Shown here one piece after another: positions 19,404 to 27,203 of a stretch of 38,923 bases of DNA. Numbering within the stretch: position 1 is the first letter of the stretch; each line of letters starts with the position of its first letter. Source of the stretch: a virus (lineage: Duplodnaviria; Heunggongvirae; Uroviricota; Caudoviricetes). Location of the stretch: IMG/VR virus record IMGVR_UViG_2541047706_000009. One strand, 5' to 3'. The translations under genes were made by a program, and so were the position numbers. The notes beneath the pieces were generated by a model. The model saw only the letters and a program-made list of their open reading frames with translations, was not told the origin of the DNA and made no database searches.

Positions 19404-20105
19404 TTATTTGCCATAGAGCACTTCGGCCGCACTACGCTGGCCTTCATTACCACCGGTGACCATGCCATCTTCAGACATCGCCTTTCCGATTTTCACGAAC
19501 GTTTTGACCAGATCAGGGTGATTACCCAGCCCGGTGGTGTTCAGATATTCTTTGAGTTCAGGTGTCCCGAACTGGTCAAGCGCACGCTGTGCGGCGCTAA
19601 GGTTAGAAATCAACTTGTCGCCACCGATTTCTTTGTCAGCTTTTACATCCGCAGCCCACTGCTCGGTTGTTTTCTGCCAGGCTTCTGCCTGGCGCTGCTG
19701 AACACCTGCCAGAATCTTCGGATAAGCATCAACCAGCTTTTGCGCTTGCTCGTTGGTCAGGTTAAGTTCTCGCGCCACCGGCTCGAATTCATTCAACGCT
19801 TCTGTATCCAGCTCTACGCCTTCGGCAGCCTGAAACTCGTACTTCTCAGGCGCACCCTCTGGTTTATCGCCGTCCTTTTTTTCATCCTGCTTATCGTTTT
19901 CAGGCTTTTTGTCATCAGCAGGTTTATCGCCATCAGCAACAGGTTGTGGCTTATCACCTTCCTGTTGTGATGGATCACCAACTGGAGCAGGGTTATCACC
20001 TGCAGGCGCTGACGGTTCTGACGCAGCCGGAGCTGCTCCACCATCGACTGGTTGCTCATTGCAAAGACGGCGATACAGCAAACGCTCAAATAAATTCATG
20101 ATCAC
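19404..20105 (-). CDS. Scaffolding protein
   Basis: 233 aa, highly acidic, Pro/Asp/Lys-rich linker then helical C-terminus; lies between portal and capsid genes. Confidence 0.55.
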   Translation of the reverse strand: MIMNLFERLLYRRLCNEQPVDGGAAPAASEPSAPAGDNPAPVGDPSQQEGDKPQPVADGDKPADDKKPENDKQDEKKDGDKPEGAPEKYEFQAAEGVELDTEALNEFEPVARELNLTNEQAQKLVDAYPKILAGVQQRQAEAWQKTTEQWAADVKADKEIGGDKLISNLSAAQRALDQFGTPELKEYLNTTGLGNHPDLVKTFVKIGKAMSEDGMVTGGNEGQRSAAEVLYGK

Positions 20106-20398
20106 TCCTGTTCACTGGCCTCTTTGGCCATCTTCAAATACTGTTCAGGGCAATGCGCCATAACGCGCTGAAACAGTTCCAGCGCCAGATTGCGTTGCCC
20201 CTCATTAAATGCCATTGCCATAGCGTCCATCGGTGAGATGGCGGAAAACACACGGCCTTTCTCCAGCACCGACCAGACAACGCGACGCCCCTGTTCACTG
20301 CTCATGACAAAGCGAATGTCATCAATTTCACGCTGCGCCATGTCACGTTGCTTACGGGCGTTTTCTTCTTTCAGTTGATCGTCTTCGTAATCTGTCAT
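20102..20398 (-). CDS. Hypothetical protein
   Basis: 98-aa acidic ORF overlapping the portal stop and scaffold start. Confidence 0.4.
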   Translation of the reverse strand: MTDYEDDQLKEENARKQRDMAQREIDDIRFVMSSEQGRRVVWSVLEKGRVFSAISPMDAMAMAFNEGQRNLALELFQRVMAHCPEQYLKMAKEASEQE

Positions 20399-22074
20399 TG
20401 TGATTGCCCACCCTGACCACTAACTGCATTCGCCATAGCTGACAACACACTCGGATCCGAAGTTTTAGCTTCGCTTAGCGTCTTGGCCCCCTGTGCCGCC
20501 GCCATCCCCATCGCCATCATTTGTTGCTGCTGTTGTTGCTGTGCCCGTTGCTGGCGAGCCTGCTCAACCTGTTCCTGCGGAACAATGACGGTTGGAGACA
20601 CTCCGGACATATCAGCGAATGCATCGATCGCCTGATCAACGTTGAGTTTGTCGAGAGCTTCTGGTTTCGCTTGCGCAAGTTGACCAATGAAGTTGACCGT
20701 AGACGCCAGACTGGACAGGCCGATAGACTTCTGCGCCTGAGCCATGACGGAAATGTATTCGACCTTCAGGGGCATACCTTCCATCGCGTCAGGCGGTGGC
20801 GGCAGCATGTTTTTACGCACCATCATCGAGAAAGCGCGGTCAATGAGAGGATTAAGACATTCGTCGTTCAGACGCTCCAGAACCGGCCCCAACATCAGAA
20901 GTTTTTCTTCTTTCATTTCGATCACCGCTTCAACAGGCATCGAGCGGGTATTGATGTTCTGCAACATCATGAACAGATCGACAAAGTAGGCGCTGTTAAT
21001 AATTTGGCGAGTGTCCTGAATGTCTGCTACCAGATCTGCTGTACTGGGGTTAACCAGATAAGCAGGCCTGAAACCATCCTGACCAGTAATCTGATCGATA
21101 TACGTGATGTCGCCAGGAAGAAGGGAGGCGCGCTGATTCTTGAGGGAAGTCGGAGCAACCATCGGCGGATTGGTGGCTTTATCAATCAACTGCGACTTGC
21201 GCTTCTGGAGAAGCTGCAATGCCTTAACAGGTCCAAGCGCCAGCATACCCGGGCATGATGATCCATAAACATCTTCGCCGTTAACTTCCCAGCGCGGAGC
21301 CATAATTGGAAACTCATCGAATCCGGACTCACGCAACAACTTGTCGTTATCGCCACCAACCTCGTAATAAACCGATTTGAATGGCTTGTTCTTGCTATCC
21401 AGCTTCGATGTATCGCGGTCAATGTTCGGGTAAACCGAATGCATCACTTCAATCCACTTCTCGTAGGTGCCGCTTTCCCACATGCTTTTTACGGATTCGC
21501 TGACGTTATTTAGCCCGAACTCCTGAACAAGCTGACGAACAGTCATAGAGAACTTGCGAAAACAGGTGTCCACACTGCCACGAGGTGAGTTAGCCAGGTA
21601 GTAACTGCCTATCGGGAATGGCATTGTGCGAATGATGTCCTCGTCATCCTCCAGCACTGCCATTGCACCAGTGCTGTATGTGCCGAGGCTTCCGTATAAC
21701 TGCGGCAGAGACTGATAGAGATTCGACTTATTGAACATATCGTTCATGCGGTTCTGCACCGCCTCAAGCCACAACTTAACAGGGCCATAATCCATCATTT
21801 CAGGATCTGGCGTAGCCAGGCGAAACCACGGACGCGCGGGGCTTGTGATGCCTGACATCATGCCGCTGGCGAGAGTGCGCGCCGCCATAGTCCCGGTCGA
21901 ATCAATAATGCGTGTATTGCGTCGATCGTTACGGTTGACCTCAGAAGTCAGAAAGCGGGAACCACGCGGGTTGATGTAATCACTCAACTCGCGCCAGTGC
22001 GGCTCGAACGACTGACGCTCGCTTTCAAGTTGTGCGAACTGTTTGTTCAATCGCTCTTTAGTTGTTTCCGCCAT
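20395..22074 (-). CDS. Portal protein
   Basis: 559 aa, first large ORF after the terminase region, followed by scaffold and capsid genes; GGAG RBS. Confidence 0.7.
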   Translation of the reverse strand: MAETTKERLNKQFAQLESERQSFEPHWRELSDYINPRGSRFLTSEVNRNDRRNTRIIDSTGTMAARTLASGMMSGITSPARPWFRLATPDPEMMDYGPVKLWLEAVQNRMNDMFNKSNLYQSLPQLYGSLGTYSTGAMAVLEDDEDIIRTMPFPIGSYYLANSPRGSVDTCFRKFSMTVRQLVQEFGLNNVSESVKSMWESGTYEKWIEVMHSVYPNIDRDTSKLDSKNKPFKSVYYEVGGDNDKLLRESGFDEFPIMAPRWEVNGEDVYGSSCPGMLALGPVKALQLLQKRKSQLIDKATNPPMVAPTSLKNQRASLLPGDITYIDQITGQDGFRPAYLVNPSTADLVADIQDTRQIINSAYFVDLFMMLQNINTRSMPVEAVIEMKEEKLLMLGPVLERLNDECLNPLIDRAFSMMVRKNMLPPPPDAMEGMPLKVEYISVMAQAQKSIGLSSLASTVNFIGQLAQAKPEALDKLNVDQAIDAFADMSGVSPTVIVPQEQVEQARQQRAQQQQQQQMMAMGMAAAQGAKTLSEAKTSDPSVLSAMANAVSGQGGQSQ

Positions 22075-22088
22075 TTCAATGACTCCGG

Positions 22089-22295
22089 TTACTGACCAAG
22101 TAGCGTTTTACCGCTGGTATTAGCGGTTGATGTGTCGCCCTGAGAACCGGTAAGCAGCGTAGAACTACGACCAGCAGCAGCGCGACGGCGACGAGTTTCT
22201 TCGTCGCGGGCATCAACAACGGCGGCATCCTGCTCCTGTGGTGCTGCCTGAACTTCTGGTGTTGCAGGCACTGATGGTGAGCTACCCATGCACAT
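22089..22295 (-). CDS. Small acidic/Arg-rich protein
   Basis: 68-aa ORF with GGAG RBS directly upstream of portal; the overlapping 22076-22315 frame is judged less likely. Confidence 0.3.
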   Translation of the reverse strand: MCMGSSPSVPATPEVQAAPQEQDAAVVDARDEETRRRRAAAGRSSTLLTGSQGDTSTANTSGKTLLGQ

Positions 22296-22363
22296 ATCAA
22301 TGACTCCGTACGCAATTAAATTATTACCAATTTAACCACATATGATTTATTTATCGTAGGAGG

Positions 22364-22401
22364 TTGACATTTAACGCACGAATTATTACCTTTCAGGTAA
22401 C
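22364..22401 (+). promoter_or_regulatory. Promoter-like TTGACA with operator-like palindrome ATTACC-tttca-GGTAAC
   Basis: TTGACA at 22364-22369; palindrome at 22385-22401 overlaps the -10 position. Faces the noncoding region and tRNA. Confidence 0.4.
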
Positions 22402-22419
22402 CAAAAAGTTCATTCCGGT

Positions 22420-22720
22420 TACTAACCTGACTGGCTTGTCGTTAAATTGAACAGGTGGAGTGAGCTTTTATTTTGAGCAGTACGGCGTATGGCACATGCG
22501 CCGATAGCGGTCTGGGTACGTTTAAGGGGCACCCTCCCTTGCTCGGGCAAACGAACCAGGTAGCCGGAATGTGCAAGTCGAGCGGTTTTATTCCGCGCAC
22601 GGGGATTCACCATCCCGGCGATTCGGTGTGACGCCTCGGAAGAGACGAGGTACAACGATGAGAGCATTTATGGATCCGCGACAAAGTGTGGCGCCTTAAC
22701 AGGCTAAGTGCTCTCAGCGT
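22420..22720 (+). ncRNA. Possible structured noncoding RNA
   Basis: About 300 bp with no credible ORF on either strand but several local hairpins, between a promoter-like element and the tRNA. Confidence 0.2.
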
Positions 22721-22721
22721 T

Positions 22722-22798
22722 GTGGCATTAGCTCAGTTGGACAGAGCAACCGCCTTCTAAGCGGTTGGTCGCAGGTTCGAATCCTGCATGCCACGCCA
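22722..22798 (+). tRNA. tRNA-Arg (anticodon UCU), phage-encoded
   Basis: Cloverleaf readable by eye: acceptor GTGGCAT/ATGCCAC, D-arm GCTCAGTTGGACAGAGC, anticodon stem ACCGC/GCGGT with loop CTTCTAA, T-arm GCAGGTTCGAATCCTGC, discriminator G and encoded CCA. Confidence 0.85.
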
Positions 22799-22852
22799 GA
22801 ATCACGCCTAAGGACCGTGATGCCAGAAGTTCCAAGTGCTTGGCGGTGATGG

Positions 22853-22884
22853 TTTCCCTTGAAGGACTATCACCGCCCTTTTTA
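22853..22884 (+). terminator. Hairpin with T-tract downstream of the tRNA
   Basis: ggcggtgat...atcaccgcc stem followed by ctttttac. Confidence 0.4.
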
Positions 22885-22960
22885 CAGCAGGACGCCATTG
22901 CGATGACTTCATGCTGTAAACCCGTACAGCCACGGAAGGCAGAACTCATTGCTTCCAGTT

Positions 22961-22987
22961 CGCCCGGTTCGCCGGGCATTTTTTTGC
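22961..22987 (+). terminator. Rho-independent terminator
   Basis: cgcccgg-ttcg-ccgggc GC-rich hairpin followed by TTTTTTT. Confidence 0.65.
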
Positions 22988-23000
22988 TTGATGACCGCAA

Positions 23001-23017
23001 ATTACCTTAAAGGTATA
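23001..23017. promoter_or_regulatory. Operator-like palindrome ATTACC-ttaaa-GGTATA overlapping a TATAAT element
   Basis: Half-site ATTACC plus imperfect right half; ggTATAATc lies 4 nt before the moron ATG at 23021. Confidence 0.4.
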
Positions 23018-23020
23018 ATC

Positions 23021-23839
23021 ATGAAAAACTTCAAGGTAATTAGCATGTTTGAATCGTTCAAAGAGCTGTTTTTATCTACTGCCAATACTGCCGTGAATCG
23101 AGCCAAAAACCCTGTGCTTGGTGCTTTTGTTATGTCCTGGTGCGCCTTCAACTGGAAATCAATTCTTTATCTATTTTTTAGCAAATCAAACATAATAGAT
23201 AAAATTTCATATATCTCAGATAACAGCACATGGAAAACTGTTATGTTTTATCCATGCTTATCTGTAATTGCTATCTGCTGCCTATTACCATGGGTAAACA
23301 ATATCATTAACGTATGGCAAGCAAAGCCTCTTGATAATAATGACTCAATCGAAAATCACCTGAAGGCAAGAAAAATCCAGCGTGAAACAAGGCTGCAGAG
23401 GTTATTGGCTAAAAAAGATGTTACATACGACAAAGTTAAGACTGGCGCGGAAAAAGACATCCAAGAGATGAAAGAAGAGATTATTCGTTCAAAGAATAGT
23501 ATGGGGGAATTGACTGCCGAGTTGAAAGCTAAAGATGACGAATTGAGATCCGCCAGTGCTCAGTTAGCAGCTCTAAATCATTCATTAAAAGAGATATCGG
23601 AAACTCTTGGAAGAATGAATGAGGCATATAAGACCCTCCAAAATGATTTCGACGAATACAAACTCAAATACCCTGAAAAATCTCAAATAAAAAGCCTTGC
23701 ACTTGGCAACGGCCAAACAATTAGCAACTTTTTGGAGCAACACAACTTATCCGGATTAAAATCTGGTAAGCCAAACGTTTTTAATAACTTTGGTGTTCTA
23801 TCTGGATTATCAGGTTTCGAGGATAAAAATAAAGACTAA
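23021..23839 (+). CDS. AT-rich moron: membrane-anchored coiled-coil protein
   Basis: 273 aa from ATG 23021 (ORF-track start 22949 trimmed; 22991 also possible). Two N-terminal TM segments then a K/E-rich coiled coil. Visibly lower GC than flanking genes and opposite in strand to the late operon. Confidence 0.6.
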   Translation: MKNFKVISMFESFKELFLSTANTAVNRAKNPVLGAFVMSWCAFNWKSILYLFFSKSNIIDKISYISDNSTWKTVMFYPCLSVIAICCLLPWVNNIINVWQAKPLDNNDSIENHLKARKIQRETRLQRLLAKKDVTYDKVKTGAEKDIQEMKEEIIRSKNSMGELTAELKAKDDELRSASAQLAALNHSLKEISETLGRMNEAYKTLQNDFDEYKLKYPEKSQIKSLALGNGQTISNFLEQHNLSGLKSGKPNVFNNFGVLSGLSGFEDKNKD

Positions 23840-25311
23840 GCATATGGATCGTACTCGGTAAGCGCCTTGCCTTGCTGGTTCTGCTGCCCGGGAAGTCGCA
23901 GGCGCTTTGACACCGGGAAAGCAAACGTCAGCAGTAGCGCATCGCCTTTACCAGGCGAACGCCCAAGTCGTTCTTTGATATCTTCCTTCGGTTCGATAAC
24001 GATTTTACCGTCCACGCGAACTTTGTACTCTGCCGCCGACAGATCGTCCGCTGTTTCCTGGTCATCCAGCATCCCGCCCAACCTCAGCCATGTCTTGCAT
24101 GAGTTGAACATCTCCCCACGCTTGTTAAGCATCTGCGGGTCAGTGGACGCACCGCCGAACGGAACAAGTTGCCATGTACGTCCCCAGCCATCACCGATTG
24201 ACTTCAGACCAGTTCCGTAACCGAAGTCGATGAACACTGCGTCAGCCTGGTACTGGTCTTCAAAGTCAGCGATACGCTTCGCCATAATCAGATCGTCGGT
24301 GGTCTTGTTACCAGTCCATAGCACCTTACTGTGCAGCCCCTGCCGCAGGTATATCACAGCGTCATCAACGCCGGAGTATGCCGGGTCAACGCCGATTATC
24401 ACCGGAGCATGTGCAACCTGCGCAGCGGTTACCACCCGTTTCATTGCCTCGTCAGTAAGGCCGGTAGGGATAAACTGCAATTCAGATGCATCCGGGAATA
24501 TGCCGCGCACACGGATTTTAACGAAGTCGCTGTCTTCCCCGTAGTCATCAACCCATTTCTGCAACTGCTGTTTGTTAGTGCCTTCCACCGTCCGGCTGTC
24601 AATCTGCGCAGTTTTCCAGCGGTGTTTATATTTGCGGAAACATTCGCGGAAACGCCCGGTGTTACGTGTAGGGTTTCCGAATGCCACCCAGATAATCTCA
24701 GTGTCTTCGTCCGTCAGCGCACCCTCTGCTACCTCCCACACCAGATCGGCAATGTTGGATGCTTCGTCGAATACCACGATGATGCGTTTGCGCTCGTTGT
24801 GTAGTCCGGCGAATGCCTCAGTGTTGTGCTCAGACCAGGGGATTGCGTCAGCTCGCCACCGCTTGTCGTGCCCAGGGTCATTGCTGTACATCGCGGTAGC
24901 GGTACAGGTAAACCAGTCTTTCGTGATAGCAAGGTTCGACCACTTGATAATTTCCGGCCAGGTCTTCGTTCGTAGCTGGTTGTCGGTGTTGGCGGTCACC
25001 ACGACCTTACAATCCTCGCAAGTGGACATGCCCCAGTTGATCAGCATTGAGATGAATGCGGATTTACCAATACCGTGACCAGAAGCACGTGCCAGCATAA
25101 GCGGCTGATATCGCGTCTCTGGATTCTGCAGGTGATCACGTATCTCTCGGAACGCATCGGCCTGCCACTGACGTGGACCGGTGGCATGTGCCAGTTCAGT
25201 ACCCTCTTCCCCCCACGGGAACGCATAGAGGGCATAGCCAAGCGGATCGTGAGTGAACCCTGCAATATCCTCGATTAACTGCTCTTCAGGAGATAACGCT
25301 GTATCTGTCAC
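23836..25311 (-). CDS. Terminase large subunit
   Basis: 491 aa; Walker-A-like ASGHGIGKS near the N-terminus and acidic nuclease-like C-terminal half; start overlaps the small-subunit stop. Confidence 0.8.
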   Translation of the reverse strand: MTDTALSPEEQLIEDIAGFTHDPLGYALYAFPWGEEGTELAHATGPRQWQADAFREIRDHLQNPETRYQPLMLARASGHGIGKSAFISMLINWGMSTCEDCKVVVTANTDNQLRTKTWPEIIKWSNLAITKDWFTCTATAMYSNDPGHDKRWRADAIPWSEHNTEAFAGLHNERKRIIVVFDEASNIADLVWEVAEGALTDEDTEIIWVAFGNPTRNTGRFRECFRKYKHRWKTAQIDSRTVEGTNKQQLQKWVDDYGEDSDFVKIRVRGIFPDASELQFIPTGLTDEAMKRVVTAAQVAHAPVIIGVDPAYSGVDDAVIYLRQGLHSKVLWTGNKTTDDLIMAKRIADFEDQYQADAVFIDFGYGTGLKSIGDGWGRTWQLVPFGGASTDPQMLNKRGEMFNSCKTWLRLGGMLDDQETADDLSAAEYKVRVDGKIVIEPKEDIKERLGRSPGKGDALLLTFAFPVSKRLRLPGQQNQQGKALTEYDPYA

Positions 25312-25904
25312 TGATTGCCATCCTGACGTTCTTTCAGTCTCTTCCTGGCTGCCGCTATGCGATCAGCAATTGTCACATTCACATTAACATCCAGGCGTTC
25401 TTTGAATGCGTTGACGTCGACGTGCTTACCAATCAGTTCGAGGTTCTTCACCTTGTCAGGCCATTTAATTTTTTTGAGGATTGTCTCTATCGAATCCTCG
25501 TTCATGTTCATGATGGTCGATGACAGATCAAAGCCACTAAGCGTAGTGCGCCAGATTTTCGGCCACTCACGGATTGGTTTAAGGCTCCCATCGTCGTTGA
25601 GGATATCGATCACGTCCATCTGGTCGATCTCCACCAGGCGCATGAGAACGTAATCAGCACTGACGCGCATTCGTTTGTTGCGCTCCTCCATCAACTCGGC
25701 AATCCGTTTTTGAATGCGTTCATCGCGCATCATGACACTGGCTTTAACTGCCGCTGTATTTGGGGAGAATCCTGCGTTAATCGCTGCCTGAGTCTGGTTT
25801 TCAGGCGTTTTGATGTATGACTGGCAATAAGCCTCCTGCATTGCTGTTAGTGGCTTAAATTGCGTTGATTTGCGTTTATAGGTTTTAGGTTCAGCAGGCA
25901 TCAT
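25308..25904 (-). CDS. Terminase small subunit
   Basis: About 198 aa from ATGATG at 25904 with GGTGG RBS (ORF-track start 25982 trimmed because a terminator lies inside the extension). Confidence 0.6.
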   Translation of the reverse strand: MMPAEPKTYKRKSTQFKPLTAMQEAYCQSYIKTPENQTQAAINAGFSPNTAAVKASVMMRDERIQKRIAELMEERNKRMRVSADYVLMRLVEIDQMDVIDILNDDGSLKPIREWPKIWRTTLSGFDLSSTIMNMNEDSIETILKKIKWPDKVKNLELIGKHVDVNAFKERLDVNVNVTIADRIAAARKRLKERQDGNQ

Positions 25905-25911
25905 AACCACC

Positions 25912-25943
25912 GTGGTAATAGTTACCGTTGTGGTAATAGTACC
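25912..25943. repeat. Tandem repeat GTGGTAATAGT(T)ACC x2 in the terminase leader
   Basis: Two adjacent copies separated by gtt; each holds GGTAAT and TACC half-site-like elements. Confidence 0.4.
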
Positions 25944-25946
25944 ATG

Positions 25947-25974
25947 CAAAATAAAGCCGCCATAGTTGGCGGCA
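25947..25974 (-). terminator. Rho-independent terminator upstream of the late operon
   Basis: gccgcc-aactat-ggcggc hairpin followed on the minus strand by tttatttt; about 45 nt upstream of the terminase small-subunit start. Confidence 0.6.
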
Positions 25975-26014
25975 GTATTCAAAACACATCAAATTCATCA
26001 TGCATAATCTACTC

Positions 26015-26026
26015 GTGACATGTCAC
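26015..26026. repeat. Perfect 12-bp palindrome GTGACATGTCAC (copy 2)
   Basis: Identical to the copy at 5817-5828; lies at the stop of the zinc-finger gene, about 40 nt upstream of the late-operon terminator. Confidence 0.6.
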
Positions 26027-26364
26027 ACTATTAATTTCGTTTCATGCCAGCCTTTAGTCACCCAGCATTGCGAGTCACCATTGCACGGGCATGAATTAAC
26101 TGGAACTCTCTCGCCGCACTTACCGCAACGTTTTCTGCTGATCGATTTTATACGCCCGCGCACCCGGGCATCATCCTGGCGGATCAGCAGCGCGATGTAC
26201 TCGGCCATTTCATAGGGATCTCGACCAGGGCGCCGGGCGGCGCAGTTACGCTCCAGCATTTCAATTTCCTGAGCATCAAGCACAATCTCCAGCTTACGCA
26301 CACCAGATGCAGCTTGTCTGGCTCTCTGAGCGGCTTTGCGCTCTGCTGCTGATTTAGCCATCAA
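26023..26364 (-). CDS. Small zinc-finger protein, candidate late-gene regulator
   Basis: 113 aa, basic N-terminus, C-terminal CxxC..CxC cluster (RKRCGKCGERVPVNSCPCNGDSQC); last gene before the late operon. Confidence 0.4.
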   Translation of the reverse strand: MMAKSAAERKAAQRARQAASGVRKLEIVLDAQEIEMLERNCAARRPGRDPYEMAEYIALLIRQDDARVRGRIKSISRKRCGKCGERVPVNSCPCNGDSQCWVTKGWHETKLIV

Positions 26365-26635
26365 TATTTACCTTTATCGCGTATACCTTTACCGGTTTAT
26401 CGCCGAAGTGGGGATGTGTGATTGTCTTGATTTCATATCCGTCATACGGGACGTCAATTCTACGACTGGAGTCGTCGCGCTTCGGATATCCCTTTGTGAT
26501 AATCAGTCGGTCATAATCCCTGAACATAATTCGCTTATTCCAGTAGTCATTACACAGGCGATACTCTTCCGTTTTCTCTCCGCGAATGATGGCATCGAAG
26601 TATTCACCTTTAACGGCTAGTTGCAGGTTAGCCAC
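26354..26635 (-). CDS. ASCH-domain protein
   Basis: About 93 aa from GTG with AGGAGG RBS; has the GxKxxExR signature (GEKTEEYR) of ASCH domains. Confidence 0.5.
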   Translation of the reverse strand: MANLQLAVKGEYFDAIIRGEKTEEYRLCNDYWNKRIMFRDYDRLIITKGYPKRDDSSRRIDVPYDGYEIKTITHPHFGDKPVKVYAIKVNIDG

Positions 26636-27203
26636 GATTAACCTCCTGCTTCGGTGCTGCTGGCATTTCACGCCAGTGCGTAACTGAGTGCGGATCCGGA
26701 TATTCGGTGCCATCATCCCAGCGATTACCATTCCACATTGCAGACCACATCTCACCGTCTTCATACATGACCATTACCGGAATTAACTTATCCGGCATTC
26801 GCTCACTACAGCTTATCCAACCATCCGGAGTTCCCGGAGTTGGTCCATCGAATTCGGGCATGTCAGGACCTTTTCTGATAGCTTTAGCCAGCTCCAGCGG
26901 GTCATCGTAAAGCCAGTCGCCAGTTTGTGGGTGATTTGCTTCTGCCAGTTGCGCCGCCCATTCAAGGCCGTCTTTGTGACCTTGCAGATAGCCCAGCGGC
27001 AACTCATCACGATTACTTACATGTTCGGCACCCCGAAGCATGGCGGCGCGGAGTTTCTGTATCTCCCGTGCCATTATTGCGTCCTGACGAGGAGTGAACA
27101 TATCACCTGCAATAATTCTGTTTAGTTCCTCGTCAGTGAACTCATAATCATCAGGAACATTGTGAACCTCAGCATAAAGAGGCTTTTTGGTAGAAATGGT
27201 CAT
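26628..27203 (-). CDS. DUF551-like phage protein
   Basis: 191 aa; C-terminal region DGWISCSERMPD..VTHWREMPAAP matches the DUF551 pattern (GWISV..RLP...THWMPLP). Confidence 0.5.
   Translation of the reverse strand: MTISTKKPLYAEVHNVPDDYEFTDEELNRIIAGDMFTPRQDAIMAREIQKLRAAMLRGAEHVSNRDELPLGYLQGHKDGLEWAAQLAEANHPQTGDWLYDDPLELAKAIRKGPDMPEFDGPTPGTPDGWISCSERMPDKLIPVMVMYEDGEMWSAMWNGNRWDDGTEYPDPHSVTHWREMPAAPKQEVNRG

Noticed and set aside
20521-21258. Long plus-strand ORFs running antisense to structural genes (20521-21258, 24331-24804, 24572-25078, 12438-13055, 16146-16835, 7305-7766, 1749-2405 and similar)
   Set aside because: They lie wholly inside longer minus-strand genes with clear phage-protein character, have no RBS, and translate to low-complexity Arg/Ser/Cys-rich sequence; treated as shadow ORFs.
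22422-22667. 81-aa minus-strand ORF across the noncoding region upstream of the tRNA
   Set aside because: Arg-rich composition, no RBS, and it overlaps sequence more plausibly noncoding; not called as a gene.
22728-23010. ORFs 22728-23000 (-) and 22765-23010 (+) overlapping the tRNA and terminators
   Set aside because: They overlap a well-formed tRNA and two terminator hairpins; artefacts of six-frame translation.
25905-25982. ORF-track N-terminal extension of the terminase small subunit (start at 25982), and similar extensions at 2564, 27985, 13184, 22949
   Set aside because: The extensions run through terminators or operators, lack an RBS, or overlap the upstream gene by tens of codons; internal starts with a good RBS were preferred.
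26023-26364. A lambda Q-type antiterminator homologue
   Set aside because: No ORF shows recognisable similarity to Q families; only a positional candidate (the small zinc-finger protein) exists, so no Q call was made.
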